Source: a virus. From it: a DNA stretch of 64,000 nucleotides. Under the pieces are notes generated by a model. It worked only from the letters and a program-made list of their open reading frames with translations. It made no database searches and was not told the origin of the DNA. The translations under genes and the position numbers were made by a program. Shown here piece by piece: positions 47,416 through 56,077 of the stretch. The stretch lies in the IMG/VR virus record IMGVR_UViG_3300029915_000003. One strand, 5' to 3'. The first letter of the stretch is position 1. Every line of letters begins with the position of its first letter.

Positions 47416-47580
47416 ATGTATAAACTATCCCCATACTATAAATACAAACCCTACGTAAGGTTTTGCGGCCACCCCTCGATCTGCTTTTGGGATTCTTACT
47501 CCCACTTGTGCCTTATATGCCAAACACAAACAAGGTTTGATACAATTACCAGGGAAATAAGTTTTATAGAAAAATTATAA
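47416..47580 (+). CDS. YxRxCxH/CxxC microprotein
   Basis: Manual translation: YVRFCGH...CLIC. Confidence 0.6.
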   Translation: MYKLSPYYKYKPYVRFCGHPSICFWDSYSHLCLICQTQTRFDTITREISFIEKL

Positions 47581-47592
47581 TAAGGATCCTCC

Positions 47593-47763
47593 TTGAAACC
47601 AACCAAATCCCCCTTGTCCCAAAATTCCCCATACCGTCGCCCCTGCAAACACCTTTTCGTTGCCCTTAAATTACAAATCGAATTATGGCTACAAACAAAC
47701 AATACTACCGTAGACGCTCTTTGTATGGTGAAAATGGAAGAACACCCGACCTTTCTTTTTTAG
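47593..47763 (+). CDS. YxRxCxH microprotein (CxxC degenerate)
   Basis: Manual translation: YRRPCKH; TTG start after TAAGGA. Confidence 0.45.
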   Translation: MKPTKSPLSQNSPYRRPCKHLFVALKLQIELWLQTNNTTVDALCMVKMEEHPTFLF

Positions 47764-47821
47764 ATATAAAATTTTTATAAAAAAAATTGGATTTAACTTA
47801 AAGGGACTACAGAGTAAATAC

Positions 47822-47920
47822 CCCTGGTAACGGTTCCTTGGTAATGGTTCCTTGGTAATGGTTCTTAACGTAACGGTTCCTTGGTAACGGTTCCTTGGTA
47901 ACGGTTCCTTGGTAACGGTT
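47822..47920. repeat. tandem repeat, 7 x about 14 bp (CCTTGGTAACGGTT)
   Basis: Read directly from the sequence; four of the seven units carry small variants. Confidence 0.9.
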
Positions 47921-48088
47921 TTATTAGGGGAAAATTATCTTAAAAATTCCAGGTGTAATACGTAAAGTCCCCCCAAACCCCAAAACCCCCTATCCTACCC
48001 AGGGGAACCTCCCCGGATAGTATCACCTATACCCCCCCCCGTGATTACCCTGTAAGGAATAACCCCTAAGACTAAGGTCCAGGATCCT

Positions 48089-48238
48089 TGGCAAGGATCT
48101 TGCTTGGTAAACCCGGTATGTTTATTGCATAGGGGAACCGGCATGGTTATTGCTAGTGGTAGCGTGGCAACGATATTGCAAGGATCCTAATGGTATGGTT
48201 ATTGCATAGGGATTTCGTTGCTTGCAAGCCTTATGCCA
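48089..48238. promoter_or_regulatory. phased array of sigma54 -24/-12 boxes
   Basis: YGGYA...TTGCW (GG-N10-GC) at 48089, 48114, 48139, 48165 and 48191 (+) and 48223-48238 (-). Confidence 0.75.
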
Positions 48239-48278
48239 TATCATTAGCAATGGTTTCCCGGCTATGGTCCCTTTGGAT

Positions 48279-48294
48279 TGTTCCACGTGGAACA
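48279..48294. promoter_or_regulatory. parS site
   Basis: TGTTCCACGTGGAACA inside a perfect 24-bp palindrome at 48275-48298. Confidence 0.8.
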
Positions 48295-48389
48295 ATCCTG
48301 CGCGTGCGCATGTGTGTGTATGTGGATGTGAGTGTATGCCCACATCTATATATGGTGTGTCGTACCCAAGACCTAGGTCTCAAGCTTTC

Positions 48390-48432
48390 TGGGGATAACC
48401 TGTTAGTAAGCTGTTAGTAAGCCTGTGGATAA
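48390..48432 (-). promoter_or_regulatory. DnaA-box cluster
   Basis: TGGGGATAA, TGTTAGTAA x2 and a perfect TGTGGATAA at 11-12 bp spacing. Confidence 0.65.
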
Positions 48433-49007
48433 CTTTTGGCACGGATCTTGTCTAGGCGTTTTCAGCGTCTGGACGGGATAGAGCCTAGGGATCCTCGGGC
48501 CGCGCTAGGAAGGGCGGATCCGCTCGTTTAATTGGCATTTAGCGCAAAGCGTCATTTAATCCGACTTTAGTCTTATTTTTGAGACCCTAAGCAAGATCCT
48601 TGCCAAAGAGTCTAAGCTATGTCGGCACGTTTGTTGCTACGCGCGCGGGCGCTTGATCCTTTGGTAAGGGATTAGAATTTCCCCTACGGGGAGAAACCGT
48701 TCGTTTGAGACGACGACGCATTGCGTCAAGAGTTTTACGTTAGGGGAATTCGAGGATTCCTCTAGCGGTCTAACCCCTTGAATTCCTTACTGTACAGTTT
48801 CACTACAGACTATGACAACCTTGTCCTAGTGACTTTTCTCAATGGTTTCATACAGTTAACCCTTTTTAGACCTTAGTCCTATGATCCAAGCGTCTCGATC
48901 CTGTCTGTTTTGCTGTACCATTTGGATCGTTTCCCCTACGGGGAGAGATCGTTCGATCCCATTGTAATCATTACACTTTTTTCCCCGCCCTGTTTTGGCG
49001 TAACGCT

Positions 49008-49023
49008 TGGCATGGCCGCTGCA
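49008..49023 (+). promoter_or_regulatory. candidate sigma54 promoter for the DUF932 operon
   Basis: TGGCATGGCCGCTGCA (GG-N10-GC), about 155 bp upstream of the ATG. Confidence 0.4.
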
Positions 49024-49178
49024 TAATAGGCCATTATCTCAGTTTGGTTCGCTCCTCTCTCTCTCCGAGGCGTTTCCCCTCTCCCCGCTGTTTCCCTCTA
49101 CAGAAAAAGGATTGACGGCCCCCTTCTTCTCTGGTACAACCTTCCCCGCTGTTTCCCTCTACGAAAAGGATCCTCCCC

Positions 49179-50390
49179 ATGATTTCCACCGATACCGATA
49201 TTGATTTCGCTGGCCTCACTCCCACCGAGACGCCGATCGCCTCGGATCCGGCCCCCATGGCCGATCTGGATCTCATTGAGTACGTTTCCCCTTCCGATCC
49301 GCACGTGATCATTCCCGAGATCGTCTCCACGCCTAACACCGTCTTGGATCACTCGGTCGGTTTCGGTCGCGTCGATGGCGATGAGCGCGCCGCGCTGGAC
49401 ACTGGAACCGTCCAGTTCGTGAGTTCGACCACCACGTCAACGGATCTGGCGGGAAACAGCACGGCCAGCGTTCAAACGATGGGTATGGTCGCAGGGGGCG
49501 CGCGCGAGATCCTGGCCAAGGCGGATCTGGCCTTTACCGTCGAAAGCGCGCCGATCTACACGTTGCGCGGAGGTCTTCCCGTCCAGATCGAAGGCAAAAA
49601 GGCGCTTGTCCGCACCGATACCGAGGAACCGGTCGGACTGGCAGGCGATGGGCGCGGGATCATTCAGTACGGGGAATGGGGCGAGGTGGTGGATATGCTG
49701 ATCGAACGCGCGAATGGCGAATTGTCGTTTGCTAACGCGATCAAACTGGACAACGGCGGGGCCATGGTTATGCAGATGGCCCGCAAGGGGAGCGTGGGGC
49801 GCTATGACGTTAAGGACATGATCACGTTGATCACGTCCCACAACGGTCGTTTCGCTGCCACGTTGGGATTTTCCCGCACCATGGTCGTTTGCGATAACAC
49901 GCTCGCGCATGCTCTCCACGAGGCAAAAAACGGGATCAAACTGAAGCACACCCGCCACGTTGCAGAGCGGTTCTCGCTCATTGCGGATGCACTCGAGATG
50001 TCGAAGGCGTATGCGGGCGCGCTGGATAATCACACGCTCCGGATGATGGGCCAAAAGATGACCGATGATCAGATGGTGCGGCTTGCGTCGAAACTGATCC
50101 CTTCCGATAGCGCCCGCGCGGAGGGTATGCGTGAAAAGCTGATCAGTGCGTGGACTACCGCGCCCGGAGCGGCTCCGGGGACGCGCTGGGGCGGATTGCA
50201 AGCGGTTACGTACTACACCTCCCACCTCATGGGATCGCGTGACACTGGACGCGCAGCGCAAGCCGCGAAATTTGAATCGCAATACATGGGAGCCGCGCAA
50301 AAGTTTTCGCAGAGCGGTTTTGACGTTCTGACGGACGATCGGGAATTCGAGGGACTGGCCAACGTGCAGATCGTCCGTCGCGCTCTGTAG
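49179..50390 (+). CDS. DUF932/DUF945 phage-plasmid family protein
   Basis: ALVRTDT, SHNG, VVCDNTL, KHT and GT.WG..QAVT motifs. Confidence 0.8.
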   Translation: MISTDTDIDFAGLTPTETPIASDPAPMADLDLIEYVSPSDPHVIIPEIVSTPNTVLDHSVGFGRVDGDERAALDTGTVQFVSSTTTSTDLAGNSTASVQTMGMVAGGAREILAKADLAFTVESAPIYTLRGGLPVQIEGKKALVRTDTEEPVGLAGDGRGIIQYGEWGEVVDMLIERANGELSFANAIKLDNGGAMVMQMARKGSVGRYDVKDMITLITSHNGRFAATLGFSRTMVVCDNTLAHALHEAKNGIKLKHTRHVAERFSLIADALEMSKAYAGALDNHTLRMMGQKMTDDQMVRLASKLIPSDSARAEGMREKLISAWTTAPGAAPGTRWGGLQAVTYYTSHLMGSRDTGRAAQAAKFESQYMGAAQKFSQSGFDVLTDDREFEGLANVQIVRRAL

Positions 50391-50587
50391 TCGGCCGTTG
50401 TTAGGGTACCGAGGGGAGGGATCTTCCTCGCGGTACCTTGTAGAGCGGCCCCATCCTCATTATGAGCGCAGTGTTTTCAACCTATACCAATTGGACCTTC
50501 CCTCTGTTTGCGTTGCGCCTTGGCCTGTTTCCCGCTCTTCTCTGATACCGTTTTCAGTTTCCGTTAACCGCCATAAAGGAAAAACCC

Positions 50588-50800
50588 ATGAAAACACCGA
50601 AAGTCTCGAACGTGGATCTCTTTCAGCTGCTCAATATGGCTTTTTGCGAAGGACAGGACGGAACGAAGTGGGAGGATCTGGCCTACACGTTCAGGTGCGC
50701 TCGCGATGATAAAGCTTTGGCCGACATGGGCGCTCGTTTCTTTGATGATGATTCCCTTGTCAACTTCTATGTACAGGTTAAGCTGGCTTTCGAGGAATAA
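50588..50800 (+). CDS. hypothetical protein
   Basis: AAGGA RBS. Confidence 0.6.
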   Translation: MKTPKVSNVDLFQLLNMAFCEGQDGTKWEDLAYTFRCARDDKALADMGARFFDDDSLVNFYVQVKLAFEE

Positions 50801-51156
50801 CCCATAAACAGGCGCTTAAACACGCTCGCGGCGGGATCCTCCCGATACTGCGCGTGTGTGTACAGGATATCGGCCGCATCCCATAACGGTTAAAGGCTGT
50901 TGGGGTAGGTTAGGAGGATCCTCTTTTAACCTACCTTGTAGAGCTTTCAACCTTCCCCTTTTAACCCATAAAGGAAAAACCCCATGCCTACCACCAACGG
51001 CCACATTAACAATCTGCGAGAGGCGACCGATCTGGATCGTGAAACCGCTACGTCCCACACTGCCTATTGGGATTGTTACGGATTGATTCCTCGTGCAAAA
51101 CCTACCTTGTAGAGCTTTCAACCTTCCTTCTTTTAACCCATAAAGGAGAATCCACA

Positions 51157-51591
51157 ATGGCAAACATTGGCGAGACAGACAGAAACGGATTCACGACAGT
51201 GCACGTAGAGGAGAGCGACGGCGTGTGGTATGATCTGGCGATCTCTCTGGACGAAGAGAGCGAGATTGATGGATCGTTCAGTGATAGCAGCGTTGCGGAC
51301 TATGTGCGCGAACAGATTGCAGCAGGAAACCCATGGGCATGGTGCGTTGCCCGCGTCACCGCGCGAGCAGGCGAGGGGCGTGGAGTCGATTACCTCGGAT
51401 CCTGCAGCTATAGGGATACTTCCGAGTTCGTTCAGCCCGGTGGTTATTTCGACGATATGAAGCGGACGGCCCGGGCGGATCTCGTCTCGGAACTCAAACT
51501 CTCGGTAGATGTTGGCAACGCAGCGCGCGCCACGCTTGCGAAACTGTCAGGCAACCCGGATCCCATCTACACGCTGCACGATAACGGTTAA
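51157..51591 (+). CDS. conserved phage early protein; paralog of 53875-54264
   Basis: WAWC..V.A...G...DYLG.CS...Y..DM. Confidence 0.65.
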   Translation: MANIGETDRNGFTTVHVEESDGVWYDLAISLDEESEIDGSFSDSSVADYVREQIAAGNPWAWCVARVTARAGEGRGVDYLGSCSYRDTSEFVQPGGYFDDMKRTARADLVSELKLSVDVGNAARATLAKLSGNPDPIYTLHDNG

Positions 51592-51675
51592 AGGCTGTTG
51601 GGGTAGGTTAGGAGGATCCTCTTTTAACCTACCTTGTAGAGCTTTCAACCTTTTACCCCATAAAGGAAAAACCCC

Positions 51676-52071
51676 ATGCCTACCACTACCAAAAGGATCA
51701 CACCAATGAAACCCAATTTTGAGATCATCGATCACGGCTGTGAACACGGCCAGTATTTCCAGGGGTGCGGCGTCTCTTTTACTCCCTTTTTGCATGTTGT
51801 CACCGGGGTAGCAGATACCCCGGCCGATGCACTCGAGGATGCTATCTCTAGTCTGTACGATCAGGCGGAACGGCCGGACGATGAAGCATTGACCGCGATC
51901 GAGGCGGAAGCGGCCGTCTTGATTGCTAACGCGCCTGCTACCGCACACAAGAATTGCCACGAAGATTGCCGTCAATATTTTGACGGTACTGATGAACAGT
52001 TTGAACGCTCGCACGAAATGTGCGAAATTGCCTATCGGGTATCAATCCGCTTTGGACGAAAGGAAGGCTAA
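51676..52071 (+). CDS. hypothetical protein
   Basis: RBS; DHG.E..QYFQGCGV motif. Confidence 0.6.
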   Translation: MPTTTKRITPMKPNFEIIDHGCEHGQYFQGCGVSFTPFLHVVTGVADTPADALEDAISSLYDQAERPDDEALTAIEAEAAVLIANAPATAHKNCHEDCRQYFDGTDEQFERSHEMCEIAYRVSIRFGRKEG

Positions 52072-52342
52072 CCCGTATGCGTATGCGGAACGGTAAAGCG
52101 CACCGGCTTTGCTCAAAAGGAAGCAATCCGACTCGAGGATGGTACAACCGCCATGTAGTCAAGCGGATCACAGCTAAGGCTATGCGGCGTGCCGCTAAGC
52201 TGCTCAATGAGGATTGTCCGCGCATGGTCGGGATCGGATGGTGCTTTTAAGTGTTTTAACCGCTGTTCGAGTAAGCCAGTGCTTTCTTGGCTTACTCTTT
52301 AGAGCGGTTAACCTGTTTTAACTCTTTCCCCCGAGGTATCCC

Positions 52343-52906
52343 ATGGCTCTCAACATCTTCGATTCATACAACAACAAGATCGTTTTGCCTAACGATATCA
52401 ACGGATTAGACGTTACCGTTAAACAGTGGAAAGGATCTAAACATCGGCAATACATCGAACTTAAGGATCTGGACGGTCGCGCCATCATCCTGCTAAGTCC
52501 TGAGAATGCGGGAGATACGGGATACATACACGCGGGGGGCGCTTCTTACCGCATCGCTGAAAACGGTTACAACGGCGATGCTGTTTGGCTTGGGCGCTGC
52601 GCTCCCCGCTATTTCGTATGCTTTGGGGAAGATCTAGAAGAAACGATCGAAAGCGCGGCGGAGTGGGCCGCTGACAACGCGCCCGGGTACCTAGTAGAGG
52701 ATTCCCTTATCCATACGCTCTACAAAGAAGCCTTCGCGGAAGGATTGAGCGAAAGAGCCGCGCAAGAGCAAGCGACACAAGATATGATCTACACAGAATC
52801 GGGGTATATTGAATCCGAGGATCTAGGTGTTTTCAAGCCTAGCGCGGAAGTTTTGTCCGCTGCTACCGTTATCGGTAAAATGCTGCGCGCAGAAAGCGAG
52901 GGTTAA
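52343..52906 (+). CDS. hypothetical acidic protein
   Basis: GAGG RBS; 187 aa. Confidence 0.6.
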   Translation: MALNIFDSYNNKIVLPNDINGLDVTVKQWKGSKHRQYIELKDLDGRAIILLSPENAGDTGYIHAGGASYRIAENGYNGDAVWLGRCAPRYFVCFGEDLEETIESAAEWAADNAPGYLVEDSLIHTLYKEAFAEGLSERAAQEQATQDMIYTESGYIESEDLGVFKPSAEVLSAATVIGKMLRAESEG

Positions 52907-52909
52907 ACA

Positions 52910-53365
52910 ATGGCAAACACTAGGGATTTTGTGGCGAAGTATGGGATCAAGGTGCAGGCCATCCGCACCGTTAGCAATCCGAATGCAACAAAAGGCGACT
53001 GGAACGACAAGGCGCGGCACTGGCTTTGTGTGTTGCATAGGGACTCGGGCCAAAGCGCCCCCGTGCAACGTCCTAACGGATCATGGGTTAAACAGCCGAT
53101 CGCCCATACGATGCCAGTCTATTTCTCGCAAGGATCAGGCCACAAGCGGGAGCCCACTGCTTGGGACGTGCTCGATTGCCTTGCATCGGACGTATCCGGA
53201 GCGGATCAAGACTTCGGGGGATGGGCCGGTGATCTCGGTTACGACAAGGATTCAAGAGAAGCGGAACGCACGTTCAATACTATCAAGCAACAGTCGGTTG
53301 CGTTGGGGGAGTTTTTGGGCCGACCGCTTTTGTCAGAGCTTTTGACCGATTATGAGGGTCTTTAA
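52910..53365 (+). CDS. conserved phage hypothetical protein
   Basis: DVLDCLASD...F..W..DLGYD.DSR motif. Confidence 0.65.
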   Translation: MANTRDFVAKYGIKVQAIRTVSNPNATKGDWNDKARHWLCVLHRDSGQSAPVQRPNGSWVKQPIAHTMPVYFSQGSGHKREPTAWDVLDCLASDVSGADQDFGGWAGDLGYDKDSREAERTFNTIKQQSVALGEFLGRPLLSELLTDYEGL

Positions 53366-53431
53366 AAGCTAAAAAGCTTAGTTTTTACCATTAGTTAAAC
53401 CCTCTTTACCCCTAAACCCGAGGCTTTCCCA

Positions 53432-53659
53432 ATGGAACCGCACGGAACGATCATAGAAGGCCGCTTAAAAGGCACTCGCTGCGCTTTGGTGCGGGTTGTC
53501 GATCCTCCCGCGCCTTGCTCTGGTAGTGAGACGGTGCGCCTAGAAATGGTGGTGGTGCGAGTGTTTGACTGTGCGGATCCTAGCTTTTCGCCTGAATGGC
53601 CGATCCGCATTCCTCGTGCGCATGTTTTGCTTGACTCCGATGCACCGAAAGAAGGCTAA
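53432..53659 (+). CDS. hypothetical protein
   Basis: Leader CCCTAAACCCGAGGCT shared with 54766. Confidence 0.5.
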   Translation: MEPHGTIIEGRLKGTRCALVRVVDPPAPCSGSETVRLEMVVVRVFDCADPSFSPEWPIRIPRAHVLLDSDAPKEG

Positions 53660-53874
53660 ACTATATGAAAGCATATGATATTGTCCGCCGATTCTACGGT
53701 TTAGACCCTATTGTTTCCGAGGATAAGCTGGTGGAAATGGTGGCAAACGACGGAAGAGGAGTGCAAGGAATGCGGGAGCGAAGAGCCTAACCATCAATGC
53801 GATAACTGCGCTTAAAATAGGTATGATTTAACACACATTAACCTACACTCTCTAACAAAAAGGTTATAGATTAT

Positions 53875-54264
53875 ATGGAACAATATCGCGAAACGGTTCA
53901 TACCGAGGTTGTTAACGGTATCACTTATACTGTTGATTTAACGTCGGAATGGGAAAGGATGAAAAATCATTTTCCAGAACAAGAAGACGCAGAAATGATC
54001 GCGCGGCTCGAAGAGCGTTGTGACGATGGGGACATGTGGGCGTGGTGCGACATAACCGTGACCGCATCATGCGAGGGATTCAAGGCTAGCGACAACCTCG
54101 GATGCTGCTCTTTTGATAACAAGGCTCAATTCTTAGCGGATGATTATTATAAAGATATGAAAGCGGGAGCTTTGTACGCTTTGCGTACCAACATTGAAAA
54201 GGTAGGAAAGGAACTGGCAGCGGCTCAAGTAGTGTTGGCAGCTAACGCACACTTGCCGGGTTAA
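53875..54264 (+). CDS. conserved phage early protein; paralog of 51157-51591
   Basis: WAWCDITVTA...DNLGCCS...YYKDM. Confidence 0.65.
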   Translation: MEQYRETVHTEVVNGITYTVDLTSEWERMKNHFPEQEDAEMIARLEERCDDGDMWAWCDITVTASCEGFKASDNLGCCSFDNKAQFLADDYYKDMKAGALYALRTNIEKVGKELAAAQVVLAANAHLPG

Positions 54265-54311
54265 TTGGTAGTATATAAACCCCAATTACAATCGTTGAAA
54301 GGAACTATAAA

Positions 54312-54671
54312 ATGTCTTGTTTTGTTTGCACTCCCGAGCATATCTCCGCTATCGTAACAGCTAACTACGATCCAGGCTTCCGGGGAATGCCCGTCGAAGA
54401 TGCTTTTCGCCTGCTCGAGGATGCTAATATCGCGGCCTATAACGCTCGCTATCGTGGAAATGACTCCTCGTCTCGGAACGTCTATCGGTACAAGCGAGAA
54501 GATCGTTTGCGTTCGCCTGTAGAAGTTATACGGTTGATCCACACGCTCGAGTATCAGTGCAATAGAACATCGGAATGGAGCGTTAGCAAAGCATATGAGT
54601 TTTTGCAAGAGGCTAAAGATGCACAGATCCGGCGTCTAGAGGGATATGAATCCGCCCCCTATAGCATTTAG
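54312..54671 (+). CDS. conserved phage hypothetical protein
   Basis: N...YNARY...LEYQC motif. Confidence 0.62.
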   Translation: MSCFVCTPEHISAIVTANYDPGFRGMPVEDAFRLLEDANIAAYNARYRGNDSSSRNVYRYKREDRLRSPVEVIRLIHTLEYQCNRTSEWSVSKAYEFLQEAKDAQIRRLEGYESAPYSI

Positions 54672-54765
54672 ATATATCCTCGATTTGATCCGCTCCCAAA
54701 AAGCTTAGCGAAACCAAGTAGTTATCTTTTCAACCGCTGTTAACCCTAAACCCGAGGCTACCCGT

Positions 54766-55257
54766 ATGAGCGACTCCGAAGCATTGGCAACCTTGAAGCG
54801 ATATCTGCGCGGCGCGAACCTGAACGGTGCGGACCTGTGCGACGCGAACCTGCGCAACGCGAACCTGCGCGACGCGAACCTGAGCGGTGCGGACCTGTGC
54901 GGTGCGAACCTGAGCGGTGCGAACCTGCGCGACGCGAACCTGAGCGACGCGGACCTGAGCGGTGCGAACCTGTGCGACGCGGACCTGAGCGGTGCGGACC
55001 TGAGCGGTGCGAACCTGAGCGGTGCGAACCTGAGCGACGCGAACCTGTGCGGTGCGGACCTGAGCGGTGCGGCCCTGTGCGGCGCGGACCTGAGCAACGC
55101 GGCGGACCTGAGCATCGCGGACCTGAGCGGTGCGAACCTGAGCGGTGCGGACCTGAGCGACGCGCACCTGAGCGGTGCGGCCCTGCGCAACGCGGACCTG
55201 AGCGGCGCGTATTTTTACAACCACGGAACTCTCTACAAGGTCGCCTCGGCGATCTAA
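54766..55257 (+). CDS. pentapeptide repeat protein
   Basis: A(D/N)LxG/D repeats. Confidence 0.85.
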   Translation: MSDSEALATLKRYLRGANLNGADLCDANLRNANLRDANLSGADLCGANLSGANLRDANLSDADLSGANLCDADLSGADLSGANLSGANLSDANLCGADLSGAALCGADLSNAADLSIADLSGANLSGADLSDAHLSGAALRNADLSGAYFYNHGTLYKVASAI

Positions 55258-55533
55258 AAATCCGCCCGTCTAAGAGAAAGGTCTAAACCCATGAAAACTG
55301 ATAAAAGCTCGAAATGCACCTACTGCGCGATGGGTTTTAAGGCGAATGAATACGGAAGGCACCCGGAAAGCCACGATCCAGAGCAGCGGCTTTGCCCTAA
55401 GTTCAGGGCAGAACAGGAACAACGCGACGCGGACGCTTTCGCTTCTCGCAACTAGAGCTTGACTTGCAAAAGGATCCGGGTCAAATAGGCTTTAACGCTC
55501 TTAAAGGCGCTTTCTCTAACAAGGGGTAAACAA

Positions 55534-56055
55534 ATGGGATACATGTCCTTCCGAAACGCTACCAAGCAAGACATTATCTCTAAGATTTTGGGGGATAGTG
55601 GTTACACCATTTATGATCATTGCCTTAAGGGTAATGTGCTTTGGACTGTCCAGTCGCAAGCGTTGGTTTACGCACCGCGTTACATCGGTTGTTACATACT
55701 GGAAAGCCGCGAAGATGGATATGCTTATAAGGCTTTGAGCGAAGGTGATTACCCTTACTATTTCGATTGTCCCACATCCTTCTTCAAACAGGCCCCTACC
55801 CCCTATAACGAAAATGCGGTCAAGTGGCGCGCACGTTGCGAGTCCCTCCGGCAAGAGCTGAAGCGTGTTAAGGGGTCGCTGGCTATTGGCAATGTCGTTC
55901 CGTTGATCTTCGGATGCACGGTGGAGGGTTCCCCCGTTGCGTCTGTGCGAGTCGTTTCCGTTCGCCCTTTGATGGTTGAACGGCTGGACGTTCCAGGCGT
56001 GTTCAAGCTGCCCCGTAAGTTTATCGATACCAATGTCAATCGGACCGCTCTTTAA
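55534..56055 (+). CDS. DUF6927-like protein
   Basis: YAYK..SE...PYYFDCP...WR.RC. Confidence 0.55.
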   Translation: MGYMSFRNATKQDIISKILGDSGYTIYDHCLKGNVLWTVQSQALVYAPRYIGCYILESREDGYAYKALSEGDYPYYFDCPTSFFKQAPTPYNENAVKWRARCESLRQELKRVKGSLAIGNVVPLIFGCTVEGSPVASVRVVSVRPLMVERLDVPGVFKLPRKFIDTNVNRTAL

Positions 56056-56077
56056 CCCTTACAAAAGGAAACACACC

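Larger units (their letters stand above)
50393..52311 (+). repeat. family of intergenic RNA hairpins at 50393-50450, 50888-50952, 51586-51650 and 52256-52311, with a half copy near 51101
   Basis: Long stems with a conserved GYT-GT(T)...TAG-AGC internal loop; two copies form an identical 72-bp repeat. Confidence 0.75.

Noticed and set aside
44794-47763. Diversity-generating retroelement behind the microprotein or pentapeptide variation
   Set aside because: No reverse transcriptase in the window, and differences between paralogs are not confined to adenines.
47822-47920. CRISPR array
   Set aside because: The 14-bp units are head-to-tail with no spacers, and there are no cas genes in the window.
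48789-48810. LexA SOS box
   Set aside because: The CTG...CAG spacing does not fit CTGT-N8-ACAG.
49437-50300. 287-aa antisense ORF
   Set aside because: Shadow of the GC-rich DUF932 gene, with no recognisable motifs.
50393-52311. CRISPR or attC-type integron array
   Set aside because: The repeats are separated by whole genes of variable length. I could not find consistent attC R-box ends, and no integrase is in the window.
54705-55286. Long alternative-frame and antisense ORFs over pentapeptide genes (also 56878-57484, 58999-59511, 63482-63880)
   Set aside because: Shadow ORFs produced by 15-bp periodic repeats that lack stop codons.
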